Part shown: positions 36,168 through 45,669 of the stretch, in pieces
Position numbering within the stretch: the stretch's first letter is position 1
Layout: each line of letters starts with the position of its first letter
NCBI GenBank assembly: GCA_964354685.1
Contig: CAYHAM010000005.1
Location: forward strand, 9,942 to 73,941
DNA: 64,000 nt
From: an uncultured Methanosarcinales archaeon
GTDB taxonomy: Archaea; Nanobdellota; Nanobdellia; Woesearchaeales; JAGVZT01
Reading direction: 5' to 3'
The notes under the pieces: generated by a model
What the model was told of the DNA's origin: nothing
The model's input: only the letters and a program-made list of their open reading frames with translations
The model's database searches: none
Program-made: the position numbers and the translations under genes

Positions 36168-38879
36168 TTATGCTGTTATGGGAGTATTTAACCTCTGTGC
36201 CTTATTTTCCTTTTTTGCAGATGTTATTTGCATCAAGATTTGCTTTGCCTCTGTGCTGTCTGGGTTTATTTCTAGAATCGAGTTTAGAGTTGATATAGCT
36301 TCTTGAAGGCGGTTTTGTTCAGCAAACTCTTTTGCTTTTTTTAGTTTTATATTTGTGAGCATATTTAGTCTCTCTTTTTTTCTGTCAACTGATGGTTGTG
36401 TTTTTGTTTCTAGTTTTGGTTCTTGTACTTGAGTTAAGGTTGTTGGTTCTTCTAGCTTTTTGTGCTCTGCTTTGATTTCCTTGAGCATTTCCCTCAACTC
36501 GTCTTTGTCTTGCTCTCTTGTGGAGTTATGCAACATTTTTTGTACATCCTTGAAGTTCGGGTCTTGTTTTTTTATTTCTCTAAATAGCTTTGTAGCATGG
36601 TAATAGTCTTTTTGTTCATAGTATTTTTTTGCATCTTTGTAAAGATCTTCTAAACTCTTTGTGTGGATTTCTCTTATTGGTGCTTGCTTGGTTTGGTGTT
36701 CTATCTTTTTTGTTTGCTTAATTACCATGGGTGTTTGTTTTGTTCTCTTTGGATACAATTGTAGGGGTGTTTCAACCCTTGTTAGGGTTCTGGTTTCTTG
36801 TTGTGATTTTACATTGGATATGCTTTTCTGGTATATATCTCTAGCTTCTAGAGGTTTGTTCTGATATTCTATCATGGATTGTCCTGATTTTGCTATTGGG
36901 TTGTTGGGCTCAAGATTCAATACTCTTTTAAATAGGTCTTGTGCAAGGTCAAGGTTGTTTTTGTTTAGATGATACTCTGCTTGGGATAGAAGATTTTTTA
37001 CAAGTTGTGGTGTTGAAGTTTTTGGCATCACAGGTTGGCTTCTGGAAAGTGGTTGAGGGGTTGTGTAGTAGTCAAGCTTTTGTCTGACAAAAGTGAATAG
37101 GTTTTCATCACCAACACAGACGCTCATGAGGGTGTTGTAAAGGTTGCTTGTTTGTTTTAACAAGAGGTTAAGCTCCATTGGATTGTTTTTGTTTTCATCA
37201 AGCTGCTTTGCTTTTTTGTACATATCTACCAAGTTTTGGAGCTTTGAAACCTCTTGTCTGAGCTTTGTATTCTGCTCCACGAGCGAAAATGGCAGATTAC
37301 CATAAATTTGTTTTATTTTTTCATACTCTGATTCAAATATTTCAAATTGTGATTCTTCTATGAATTGGTGCGCTTTGACTATCAAATGAACGAGTTGCTT
37401 GTATTTTTTGTCAGCAGCCTCATCAAATTCCTTTAAAACAGATTCATCTGATTTTAATAAGATTTCTCTGTACAAATCAAGTATCTGGACCCTTAAAGCA
37501 GTGTTGTGTTGCAAGAAGCCTTGTGGTAGAGAGGTATAGTTGTGTTCAATCTCACGGTGTATGCTTTCTGCAATCTCTGTTTCACCGATTTTCAAATGCT
37601 CTTTTGCTTTTTTTATCATAGAGTTTATCTTTTGTGTCCCCACCCCTAAGGTTGTTATGTGTTGTTGGTTTAATCTTCTTGTGATCTCTTTGTGAAGGTC
37701 TAGAATTTGTTCCTCAAGGTCAACTTTTGTTTTCAAAAATCCTGCTGGTAATTCAGTGTATAATCCTTTTAGTTGTTGGTATTGTTTGTCTGCTTCCTCA
37801 ACAAGATTTTTGTTTAGCAAATCTTTGGTTGAGATTAGCAATGATTTTATCTTTTGTGTGTTTTCTGCCACTTTCTTTGCAGAGAGTTCCTGTTTGTTTG
37901 AAACAAGCACAAGTGAAAGTTGTAATATTTCTCTCTCAAGCTGAGGATGGTCTTGTAAAAAGCCTTTTGGTATTTTGTTGTAGATCTTCCTAAGTTCTTC
38001 ATAGTTTTCAAAAGCCTTGTCAATGTGTCTTTCGTTTAGATCTGTTTTTATCTCCTGTACCAATATTTCTATTTCACTTGTTTTTGTTTCTATGTATCTT
38101 GTTATAAGGTGATTTTTATGTTTTACAAGAGTTTGGTAGGTGTCTAGAATATTGTTTTGGAGATGTGTTTTTTGTATCACAAAACCGTCTGGGAACCTTG
38201 AGTAGAGCTCTTCAACCTCTTTGAAGATTGATTCTGCTTTTTTGATATCCTTTTTTATTAATGAGAACTTTATTCTCCTTAACTCTGAGCTTATTAATTT
38301 TGATAGAAGATTTGCTTGCTTGGCAGATGCTCTATGCAGATTTATTGACATATCCTTGTTGAGCTTTGTTAGGTTTGTTTCTAGTTCCTTTTTCATTTCT
38401 ATAAAATTGGTTGGCAAGCCTTCATAGTTTTGTTTTATCATAGAATAAACATGTTGTGCACTTTCAAAATCACCTTTTTCAATGAATTCGTAAGCTTTTT
38501 CTAACAGATCATTCAACCCTTTTGTTAATTCTAGGTTTATCTCTATTGGCTTGAGTTCTGGCTTTGATTTTTTGAATCTTTTTGTAGAGATTTTTTCTGT
38601 TGTCTCGAGTTCTGTTTTTTCTTCAGCTTTTGGCTCAGCTGTTTTTTCAACAAGGTAAGGTGTTGTGAGTTTATATTTCACTGAAATAATTCCCTCCTCT
38701 TCTAAAAACCCTGCCCATGCCTCAATCGTTGCTAAACTAACTTTAAGTTGCTTTGCTGCATCACTCATAGAAATCTCTTTTTTTGTTTTTACAAGATCAA
38801 CTAGATCATCAACATCAGTTGTGATAACAAGATCAGAAGTGATTGTATGTAGAATTTCATTTGGTTTAGGCTCTTCCAT
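36168..38879 (-). CDS. Large helical-repeat/TPR protein with N-terminal winged-helix, first gene of the pilus operon
   Basis: ITTDVDDLV..ISMSDAAKQLKV..IEAWA..LEEEGII; about 75-aa Y..LP.GF repeats; C-terminal TPRs; start moved to MEEPK. Confidence 0.75.
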   Translation of the reverse strand: MEEPKPNEILHTITSDLVITTDVDDLVDLVKTKKEISMSDAAKQLKVSLATIEAWAGFLEEEGIISVKYKLTTPYLVEKTAEPKAEEKTELETTEKISTKRFKKSKPELKPIEINLELTKGLNDLLEKAYEFIEKGDFESAQHVYSMIKQNYEGLPTNFIEMKKELETNLTKLNKDMSINLHRASAKQANLLSKLISSELRRIKFSLIKKDIKKAESIFKEVEELYSRFPDGFVIQKTHLQNNILDTYQTLVKHKNHLITRYIETKTSEIEILVQEIKTDLNERHIDKAFENYEELRKIYNKIPKGFLQDHPQLEREILQLSLVLVSNKQELSAKKVAENTQKIKSLLISTKDLLNKNLVEEADKQYQQLKGLYTELPAGFLKTKVDLEEQILDLHKEITRRLNQQHITTLGVGTQKINSMIKKAKEHLKIGETEIAESIHREIEHNYTSLPQGFLQHNTALRVQILDLYREILLKSDESVLKEFDEAADKKYKQLVHLIVKAHQFIEESQFEIFESEYEKIKQIYGNLPFSLVEQNTKLRQEVSKLQNLVDMYKKAKQLDENKNNPMELNLLLKQTSNLYNTLMSVCVGDENLFTFVRQKLDYYTTPQPLSRSQPVMPKTSTPQLVKNLLSQAEYHLNKNNLDLAQDLFKRVLNLEPNNPIAKSGQSMIEYQNKPLEARDIYQKSISNVKSQQETRTLTRVETPLQLYPKRTKQTPMVIKQTKKIEHQTKQAPIREIHTKSLEDLYKDAKKYYEQKDYYHATKLFREIKKQDPNFKDVQKMLHNSTREQDKDELREMLKEIKAEHKKLEEPTTLTQVQEPKLETKTQPSVDRKKERLNMLTNIKLKKAKEFAEQNRLQEAISTLNSILEINPDSTEAKQILMQITSAKKENKAQRLNTPITA

Positions 38880-39062
38880 TTTCGCTAACGCTCTTTTTAT
38901 TTCCACTATACTAGTATCTATATTGTATATAAGAACCACACTAGTATATAAAAGTTTTGATGGTTGATATAGCAAAAGTTTAAAAATGAATATTGAGAAG
39001 TTATGTATAATAATAAAAACAGTTTATATGTTTTTTTTTGAGCAAATAAGGATTTTTTGAAT

Positions 39063-39662
39063 ATGGTTGAAATAAAAGCGTTTAATAAATGGAGTACAGA
39101 TGGAATAGAGGTTAAAGACCTTGGTTTAAGGGGTTATATAACCTTAGAGCCAAAGATAGTTCCAAAAACAGGCGCTAGATATGCTAAACAGAGGTTTTAC
39201 AAGTCTAAAGTATTTATTGTTGAGCGTTTGATTAATAAGCTAATGGTACCTGGGCATAAGGGTAAAAAGCATTTTAAGACTTCTTATAAGAATACTGGCA
39301 AGGGGCATACTGCCTATGACCTTGTTGAGGAAGCTTTGAAGATAGTTGAGGCTCGTACTAAGAAGAATCCAATAGAGGTTTTGGTTAGGGCTATAGAAAA
39401 CGGGGCTCCAAGAGAGGAGATTATCACTATAGAATATGGTGGGGCTCGTTATCCAAAGGCAGTTGAGTGTGGACCTCAGAGAAGGGTTGATTTGGCTCTT
39501 AAGAATATGGTACAGGGTGCATATCAAAAAAGCTTTGGAAAAAAAATGCAGTCTGCTGATGCTTTGGCAGCAGAGATTGTTGATGCATATGAGAGCCAGG
39601 TTTCTTCAATGGCTATTTCTAAGAAGCATGAGCTTGAAAGGCAGGCAGATGCTTCTAGGTAG
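39063..39662 (+). CDS. rps7: 30S ribosomal protein uS7 (archaeal)
   Basis: IVERLINKLM, NPIEVLVRAIENGAPREE, P.RRVDLAL, ELERQADASR. Confidence 0.97.
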   Translation: MVEIKAFNKWSTDGIEVKDLGLRGYITLEPKIVPKTGARYAKQRFYKSKVFIVERLINKLMVPGHKGKKHFKTSYKNTGKGHTAYDLVEEALKIVEARTKKNPIEVLVRAIENGAPREEIITIEYGGARYPKAVECGPQRRVDLALKNMVQGAYQKSFGKKMQSADALAAEIVDAYESQVSSMAISKKHELERQADASR

Positions 39663-39709
39663 GGCTTGGTTCTATTTATTTTTAGTATTTATTATGGTCC
39701 AATTTAAAA

Positions 39710-39755
39710 CTAGCGAGTTGCATGTGTACAATTACATGTTCTGCAACTCGTGGTG
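39710..39755 (+). repeat. Dispersed 46-bp hairpin element, copy 6
   Basis: CTAG-CGAGTTGCA-T-GTG-TACAAT-TAC-ATGTTC-TGCAACTCG-TGGTG; compensatory C:G to A:T. Confidence 0.88.
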
Positions 39756-39772
39756 CTATATCTTGTATTTGC

Positions 39773-40687
39773 TTAAGTGATAAAGTTTATTCCTAATTTT
39801 TCAGCAAGTTCTATAACTTTCTCAAACTCCTCATGCTTTAATCTTCTGTTTATGTCTTCGTGTTCTTTTGCCCTGTATTCTGGTCTGTACTGGTCCATTA
39901 TGTTTACAACTGCCTTGTCTTTGAAGTTTTCTGAGATAAATTCCAGGATTGGTTTTGTGCAGCATTCAAAATGGTTTGGCAATACTAAATGGCGTATTAC
40001 TAGTTCTGAATCTTTGAATGCCAATAAGTGGTTTCTTTTTACAGTTTCTAGATAGTTTGGAGCCTTGCTTAGTCTTTCAGCGCATTTGTTGCTCCAATAC
40101 TTCCAGTCGCTTAGGTAAACATCAACTATGTCTTTTAGCAGTTCCATTGATTTTTCTGACATGTAGAAGTTTGAGTTCCACACAACTGGCATGTTGGAAT
40201 GAACGTGCTTTAAGGTTTGTAGAATGAATGGCAAATTGGGTGTTGGCTCTCCTCCCACAAGGTTTATGTTTTTGCAATGAGAGTTTTTGTCAATTATTTC
40301 TGCTAAATCTTTTGGCAAAAACATTATCCCTGTCTCTAGTCTTTGGCTAATGGTCCAGTTTTGGCAGAATTGGCAGCTGAATGTGCATGACCAGAAGAAT
40401 ATTGTAAAGCTGGGAACAAAGAAGTATTCTTCTCCTAAATGAGTAAAGTATGAATTGACAATTGCTTTATCACCCACTTGGCAAAAGCCTTTTTCTCCTT
40501 TTGTTCTGATGGCATGACATTTTCTTTCACAGAGTTCGCAGTTTTCTATGATTTTTAGTGCTTTTTTTATTTTTGGGTCTAATAATCTATAGTTTGTTTT
40601 GAATTTTGGTTTTGCTTTGTCATTTAGAATATCATAGTAATTCTTTAATGCCGATCTTACTTTTAGGTCTTGTTCTGTGGTGACCAT
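39773..40687 (-). CDS. pflX: Radical SAM protein, PflX family
   Basis: CELCERKC, HLGEE, CTFSCQFCQN, GGEPTP, IRHLVLPNHFECC, MDQYRP. Confidence 0.88.
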   Translation of the reverse strand: MVTTEQDLKVRSALKNYYDILNDKAKPKFKTNYRLLDPKIKKALKIIENCELCERKCHAIRTKGEKGFCQVGDKAIVNSYFTHLGEEYFFVPSFTIFFWSCTFSCQFCQNWTISQRLETGIMFLPKDLAEIIDKNSHCKNINLVGGEPTPNLPFILQTLKHVHSNMPVVWNSNFYMSEKSMELLKDIVDVYLSDWKYWSNKCAERLSKAPNYLETVKRNHLLAFKDSELVIRHLVLPNHFECCTKPILEFISENFKDKAVVNIMDQYRPEYRAKEHEDINRRLKHEEFEKVIELAEKLGINFIT

Positions 40688-40725
40688 AAGAGAAACTAAG
40701 AATTAGAGATTTATAAAGGTTGTTT

Positions 40726-41355
40726 TTAATCTTCCTGTTTAAGCTTTCTTTTTTCCTTTACTGCAAACTTATGCGCTAATCTTACTGGCTCTGGGAGTTT
40801 GTTGCCTTCTTTAAGACAATACTTGGTTATTTCTAAACTTTTTTTTAGACTTACCTTGTGGCCAGGGCTCACGTATAATGGCTTTGCATGGTGTTTTGTT
40901 TCTAACAAAAATGCTCTTTGCTCGTTATCAATAAAAACCTTGCCTTGTTTTACTTCTCCACATAGCAATTTTTTTGCCACTCCAATTGTTGGTATATCTA
41001 GCAATAATCCAACATGTGATGCACAACCAATTCTTCTTTGGTGCAAGATACCATTTGCATCGCACATTAGTATGTCTGGTTTGTTTTCTAAAAGATTAAA
41101 TGCCTCAACAATTGGTGGTGATTCGCGATAGCTTAAGAATGTTGGAATATAAGGGATTTGGGGTTTGGTTATGATATGTTTTTCTTCTATTAGTTCAAAT
41201 GTTTTGTAGTCAAGAACAACCACAACTGCAACCATCTCATTTTCAGTATAAGCTAGGTCACAGCCCCCAATAGTTCTAATCTCAGAGAAATCATCCTTTA
41301 CAATTACCTTTTTTGCTAGTTTGAGCTGTTCCTCTTTTAGCTTCTTGATATCCAT
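40726..41355 (-). CDS. nfi: Endonuclease V
   Basis: GGCDLAY, PYIPTFLSYRE, DANGILHQRRIGCASH, PTIGVAKK, PLYVSPGH, LPEP.RLAH; start moved to MDIKK. Confidence 0.93.
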   Translation of the reverse strand: MDIKKLKEEQLKLAKKVIVKDDFSEIRTIGGCDLAYTENEMVAVVVVLDYKTFELIEEKHIITKPQIPYIPTFLSYRESPPIVEAFNLLENKPDILMCDANGILHQRRIGCASHVGLLLDIPTIGVAKKLLCGEVKQGKVFIDNEQRAFLLETKHHAKPLYVSPGHKVSLKKSLEITKYCLKEGNKLPEPVRLAHKFAVKEKRKLKQED

Positions 41356-41459
41356 GTTCTCCACCCTTTTGGTATATAAAAAAGGTAGAAGTTTGGATAT
41401 AAATATCTTTTGTTTTGTTACTATCTTGTTGGGACTAATGATAAAATAAAAGAACTTCA

Positions 41460-41858
41460 CTACTTAGGTGGTTGCATATAGCCCTGATTATACAGATGGT
41501 TGTAAACTAATGCTCTCAAATGCATATTATCCCATGCTTGTGGATTTTGGTCATCCAATTCTCGGTCCTCCAATTTATGTACAACCAATGACTTCACAGT
41601 TTCAGAAAGAACATCGTCCTTGTCTAGTTGACCTGAATAAACCCTAAGAAGAGCTACATTAACCAGTCTAGATACGACTTGATATTGTCTACCTCCTATA
41701 TTAAGAGTACCATACTCTTTAATTGCTGTAACATTAGGTTCTGTAAAAATCTCATCAGCTGGGTTCGCTAAAATCTCACATAAAGATTTAACATCTCCTC
41801 CTGACAATTCTCCTAGTAGTTGAGAAAAAAATCCAACATAAGCTCGTTTATCTATCAT
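41460..41858 (-). CDS. Hypothetical protein
   Basis: 132-aa ORF, no recognised motif. Confidence 0.55.
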   Translation of the reverse strand: MIDKRAYVGFFSQLLGELSGGDVKSLCEILANPADEIFTEPNVTAIKEYGTLNIGGRQYQVVSRLVNVALLRVYSGQLDKDDVLSETVKSLVVHKLEDRELDDQNPQAWDNMHLRALVYNHLYNQGYMQPPK

Positions 41859-41881
41859 TTTGGTTCACGTTGTGAAGGTTT

Positions 41882-42379
41882 TTATTGACTCTCTGCACCT
41901 AATTCTCCACCATGGAAATCAGTTATTTGAGATCCATACCTTGAACTGCGCCAATCATTAATCTTTGTTTTAGCCTTTCTGGCTAAATATGGAATTCCTA
42001 CACGAACTGAGTATGGAACTCCTACACGAAAAGCCTTACGCACATTCTCAAAGAGCAGAACTGCTCCTGTTGCTAATCCAGCCTCAACTATGAGCTCTTT
42101 ACAATTGTTAGCGTATTGTACATAAGGTGCTATGAATGCATAAGCCAAAAAAATCTTTGCTCCAGTAGTAGGATTAATTGCATTTTCAACCCAACCAACT
42201 TGTTCTCTTCCTCTATTAACCAAGGCTTCAACAGTCCCTGCTGCAGCACTTAATCCAACGATACTTGCAGTATACCTTCCAATATCTCCAATACTTGGAA
42301 TAACTTCCTGTATTATATTCGCCTCTTGGAGATGATTTATCATATCAGTAAGTTCATTTGTAGCTATTAATCCACTCAT
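41882..42379 (-). CDS. Hypothetical membrane-associated protein
   Basis: 165-aa ORF with GGTGG RBS and hydrophobic helices. Confidence 0.55.
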   Translation of the reverse strand: MSGLIATNELTDMINHLQEANIIQEVIPSIGDIGRYTASIVGLSAAAGTVEALVNRGREQVGWVENAINPTTGAKIFLAYAFIAPYVQYANNCKELIVEAGLATGAVLLFENVRKAFRVGVPYSVRVGIPYLARKAKTKINDWRSSRYGSQITDFHGGELGAESQ

Positions 42380-42523
42380 TTTTAACCACCCTTTAATGAT
42401 AAAAATAACTATTAGAAAAGGAGAGTTGTATATAAAGGTTTGGTTTTTTATAATTCAGATATTTTGTGATTACTTATAAATAGTAATATTTAGAAAAATT
42501 TATATATATGGGAAAATTCCCAA

Positions 42524-43252
42524 GTGAATATGGATATCTATGGAGAATTTGTTGGAGCATGGTCTTTGGAAGAGCTATGTGACAAAGCTGAGTCTCCACA
42601 AGATTTTGTTGATATATATGAAATATTCAAAGATATATTCCACATAGTACAAGGATATCGAGGATGGTATAAATCAACTTTACCCGTACTAGAATCAAAA
42701 TCAGATTTAATGATCAGGGCCATATTGATAGAAGAGGGGTATAAAACACTTCTCAGGGATTATTTAATGCTTGCCAAATTGGCTGGTGATGTTGAGGATA
42801 TGCAGGTTGATAGTGAAGGAAATGTTATGAGATTAAGATTATATGGTCAAGATGAGGGTTATGTGCCTATATGGCCTATCCAGTTTGAGTCTTTGGTTTT
42901 TGCTGCTTATATTATGCATGAGATAGGGGTGGCATATTTTAAAAGTGAGATGTATGAAAAAGCTTTTGGATTTTTTCAAAACGCTATTTTGATTGAAAAA
43001 GAGGCAGGCATGGTTTATGATGATGATATTGATGGATTCGTGAGGCTGTGTAATCTACCTAATCAGTCTGAGCTTAAGCCACGTGAATTAGAATATATCA
43101 AAAAAACACTGGGAGAGTTTAGTGATATGTTTGAAAGAGATAGGAAAATAAACTTTGATAACTTAGTGGATTTAGCAGACCCAGCAACATTGGGTGAGGA
43201 TGATCCTTTAAAGATAAGATATAGGGGCCCAATTATAAGAGAGAATAATTAG
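42524..43252 (+). CDS. Hypothetical protein with one TPR-like motif
   Basis: AYIMHEIGVAYFKSEMYEKAFGFFQNAILI. Confidence 0.6.
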   Translation: MNMDIYGEFVGAWSLEELCDKAESPQDFVDIYEIFKDIFHIVQGYRGWYKSTLPVLESKSDLMIRAILIEEGYKTLLRDYLMLAKLAGDVEDMQVDSEGNVMRLRLYGQDEGYVPIWPIQFESLVFAAYIMHEIGVAYFKSEMYEKAFGFFQNAILIEKEAGMVYDDDIDGFVRLCNLPNQSELKPRELEYIKKTLGEFSDMFERDRKINFDNLVDLADPATLGEDDPLKIRYRGPIIRENN

Positions 43253-43287
43253 GTTTCTTGATTAAATTATAGAGGTTGGATTATAAA

Positions 43288-44511
43288 ATGAAACGTCTGA
43301 AACGTCCAAAACTCTCTTTTTTGGAAAGAGCAGGAATGGCTTTGTCAGCTGGATTTTTTTGTTTTGGTATATTTTATTGTGGGTTGGAATTGTATAAAGC
43401 AAGACCAGTTTCAGCACAAATCGACAAAACACCTACTCCGACTGTTAGTTTTGAAAGAACACCAACTCCAGATTTTCCTCTTCCTAGCCCTACTTATCCT
43501 GCTGATCCTACATCAACAAGCATAATAACACCAACTCCTACTATAACCCAAGAGAGTATAGATGATGTTGTTGAGCCTCCTACTCCAACACCTACAGTTT
43601 TAACTTTAGATCAAGCAAATGTTTCACAAATACCTGATTTAGGTATGGGTACAGAGGTTCAAAATGCTTACTGTAAGATAATTGTTCCAAGGAGTGTTCT
43701 TATTAATCCAACCTTAGCTGATTGGCCAAATCATGTTTTCAAATATCAACATATGCAGCCTGGTTGGATAGTTGATATTGATAGATTGCATATTGAAGAG
43801 GGTCAGAGGTTTTGTGAAGGAGATTATAGGATTTGGGCAAGGATAGATATCAAAAGTAATACAAATCAAGAGCTTGATCAAGGCTGGTTTTTGGTAAGGG
43901 ATAATGACGAGATATCTGCATTGTGTGGGAAGTGGTTGGTAGAAGGGGAAGACTTACAACAACGTGTTAATCAATATCTAGCAAATCATTCTGGGCTTAG
44001 CAGTTTTGATTATAATAGAAATGGTACCTATACTATCCATTTTAGAAATCAGGAAGAGGCTCTTTTGTGGACTTATATTTTATCAGAGGGTAATTATGAT
44101 CCAAGTATACAGGCTTTACCACAACCATTTATGCAACAACAGTATGATTTGGCTGATGGAGCTATATTGAATGTGTTACAAAATGACATGGAACTTCACA
44201 ATGATACAGTTGTTGCAAGGCTTGCTTCTGGCAGGTATTATGGTGTTTTATATGGTGACCCTTTCAATAATTTATACATACAATCATTGAATCATCCATG
44301 GGATATTACAGTTAGTGCAGCAAGTATTAGCCCAGAGCGTGCTGAAAGGGTGAGGGCAATAATTTCAATTGAACCCCAGGTAATTCCAGATGGTCTCTAT
44401 ATTTACATTATTAATCCGAAATATGATCACGTTAATATGCCTGAGGTACTTAATTTACTAAGAGCGCTTTTGGAAGGACCAATAGGACTGCATTGCTATG
44501 GTAGTGCTTGA
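43288..44511 (+). CDS. Membrane-anchored protein with Pro/Thr-rich linker
   Basis: N-terminal TM, TPTP repeats, unknown globular domains. Confidence 0.65.
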   Translation: MKRLKRPKLSFLERAGMALSAGFFCFGIFYCGLELYKARPVSAQIDKTPTPTVSFERTPTPDFPLPSPTYPADPTSTSIITPTPTITQESIDDVVEPPTPTPTVLTLDQANVSQIPDLGMGTEVQNAYCKIIVPRSVLINPTLADWPNHVFKYQHMQPGWIVDIDRLHIEEGQRFCEGDYRIWARIDIKSNTNQELDQGWFLVRDNDEISALCGKWLVEGEDLQQRVNQYLANHSGLSSFDYNRNGTYTIHFRNQEEALLWTYILSEGNYDPSIQALPQPFMQQQYDLADGAILNVLQNDMELHNDTVVARLASGRYYGVLYGDPFNNLYIQSLNHPWDITVSAASISPERAERVRAIISIEPQVIPDGLYIYIINPKYDHVNMPEVLNLLRALLEGPIGLHCYGSA

Positions 44512-44548
44512 GAATTCTGGTTTTATCAATAATAAATTAAAAAATAAA

Positions 44549-44615
44549 AAGGCTCCCTTAAATCTTTTCCGAGAGAGGGGTTAATGGGGTGGTAAAGAAG
44601 ACAGCAGGGAGCCTT
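44549..44615 (-). terminator. Stem with long loop followed by a T-run, possible terminator
   Basis: aaggctccct/agggagcctt 10-bp arms, T-tract on minus strand, between convergent genes. Confidence 0.4.
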
Positions 44616-44619
44616 ATGA

Positions 44620-44982
44620 TCAGGATTTGCCAAACTCTTCTATCCACATCTCAGCTATCTTTTGAATAGCTGAGGCAAAGTTTTTTGATAGTGAATATGT
44701 TCTTTTGTACATGTCATAGTTTACTATGCCCATCGCCTTCATTGGAGTTAGTATACGATCATAAAATTGACGCTTGTTGTATGAGATGTTTTTGCCTTCA
44801 TGCTTGATTTTGCCCTCATGCAAATCAGTGGCAAAGCTTGACATCTCTGCCTTGTTAACAGAGCCCTTGTGCTGTTTTATATATTTAATAAGGAGCTCTG
44901 CAACTACCTTTTGTTGCTCAGTTGCAAATATTACCTCATATACACTCTCTGGTAAGTTATACTGATCAAACAAAATAACCAT
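44620..44982 (-). CDS. Small winged-helix-like protein
   Basis: SYNKRQFYDRILTPMKAMGIVNYD..KRTYSLS helix-wing pattern. Confidence 0.65.
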   Translation of the reverse strand: MVILFDQYNLPESVYEVIFATEQQKVVAELLIKYIKQHKGSVNKAEMSSFATDLHEGKIKHEGKNISYNKRQFYDRILTPMKAMGIVNYDMYKRTYSLSKNFASAIQKIAEMWIEEFGKS

Positions 44983-45149
44983 GATATTTGGATAAGAAAG
45001 AATACTAGTATATAAATGTTTCTATTTGAGATATTAGTATAGTAAAATGTATATTAAATATTATATTGGTGTAATAGTTACTTATAAGTAACAATAAATC
45101 AAAAGATTTATAAAGATGAATTTTTAATAGTTTTTATTAGTTGTTCAAA

Positions 45150-45659
45150 ATGACAAAAATAACACCTGAACAAGCACAGAAGATCTTAGAAGAACATCCA
45201 GCTGATAGTGATTTCTTAAATGCCCATCTAAGAGCCATCATAGACGGAACATTAGCCGAATACTATATCACCTTACTTAAAGACTCAAAAGACTATTCAG
45301 ATGAATTACCTCAAGGAAGATCTGTTGGTCCTTGGCACCCTGATTTCCCTTTTATGAAGTGTAGAGGTAATATAATAACATCCATAAGTCTTCTCCTTCA
45401 AGGAGTAATTGGTGATGGAATTATCCATGATGAAAGTGTAATTAATATAATAGAACAATATGTAACTCATGAATGGAATGCTTTTAGAGGAAAAAAATAT
45501 TGGACAACACCAGAGGAAATACAATTAATTAATGATACAATAGATGCTGTTATTGCTTGTATTGAACAAACACACACATTAGATCAGGATAAAATACGAT
45601 CAATTAGTGAAACACTAAATACTGCGAAAGCTCTTGAATATAATAAATGGTATGTTTAA
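45150..45659 (+). CDS. Hypothetical protein
   Basis: About 170-aa ORF with upstream TATA. Confidence 0.55.
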   Translation: MTKITPEQAQKILEEHPADSDFLNAHLRAIIDGTLAEYYITLLKDSKDYSDELPQGRSVGPWHPDFPFMKCRGNIITSISLLLQGVIGDGIIHDESVINIIEQYVTHEWNAFRGKKYWTTPEEIQLINDTIDAVIACIEQTHTLDQDKIRSISETLNTAKALEYNKWYV

Positions 45660-45669
45660 GTACAAAAAG

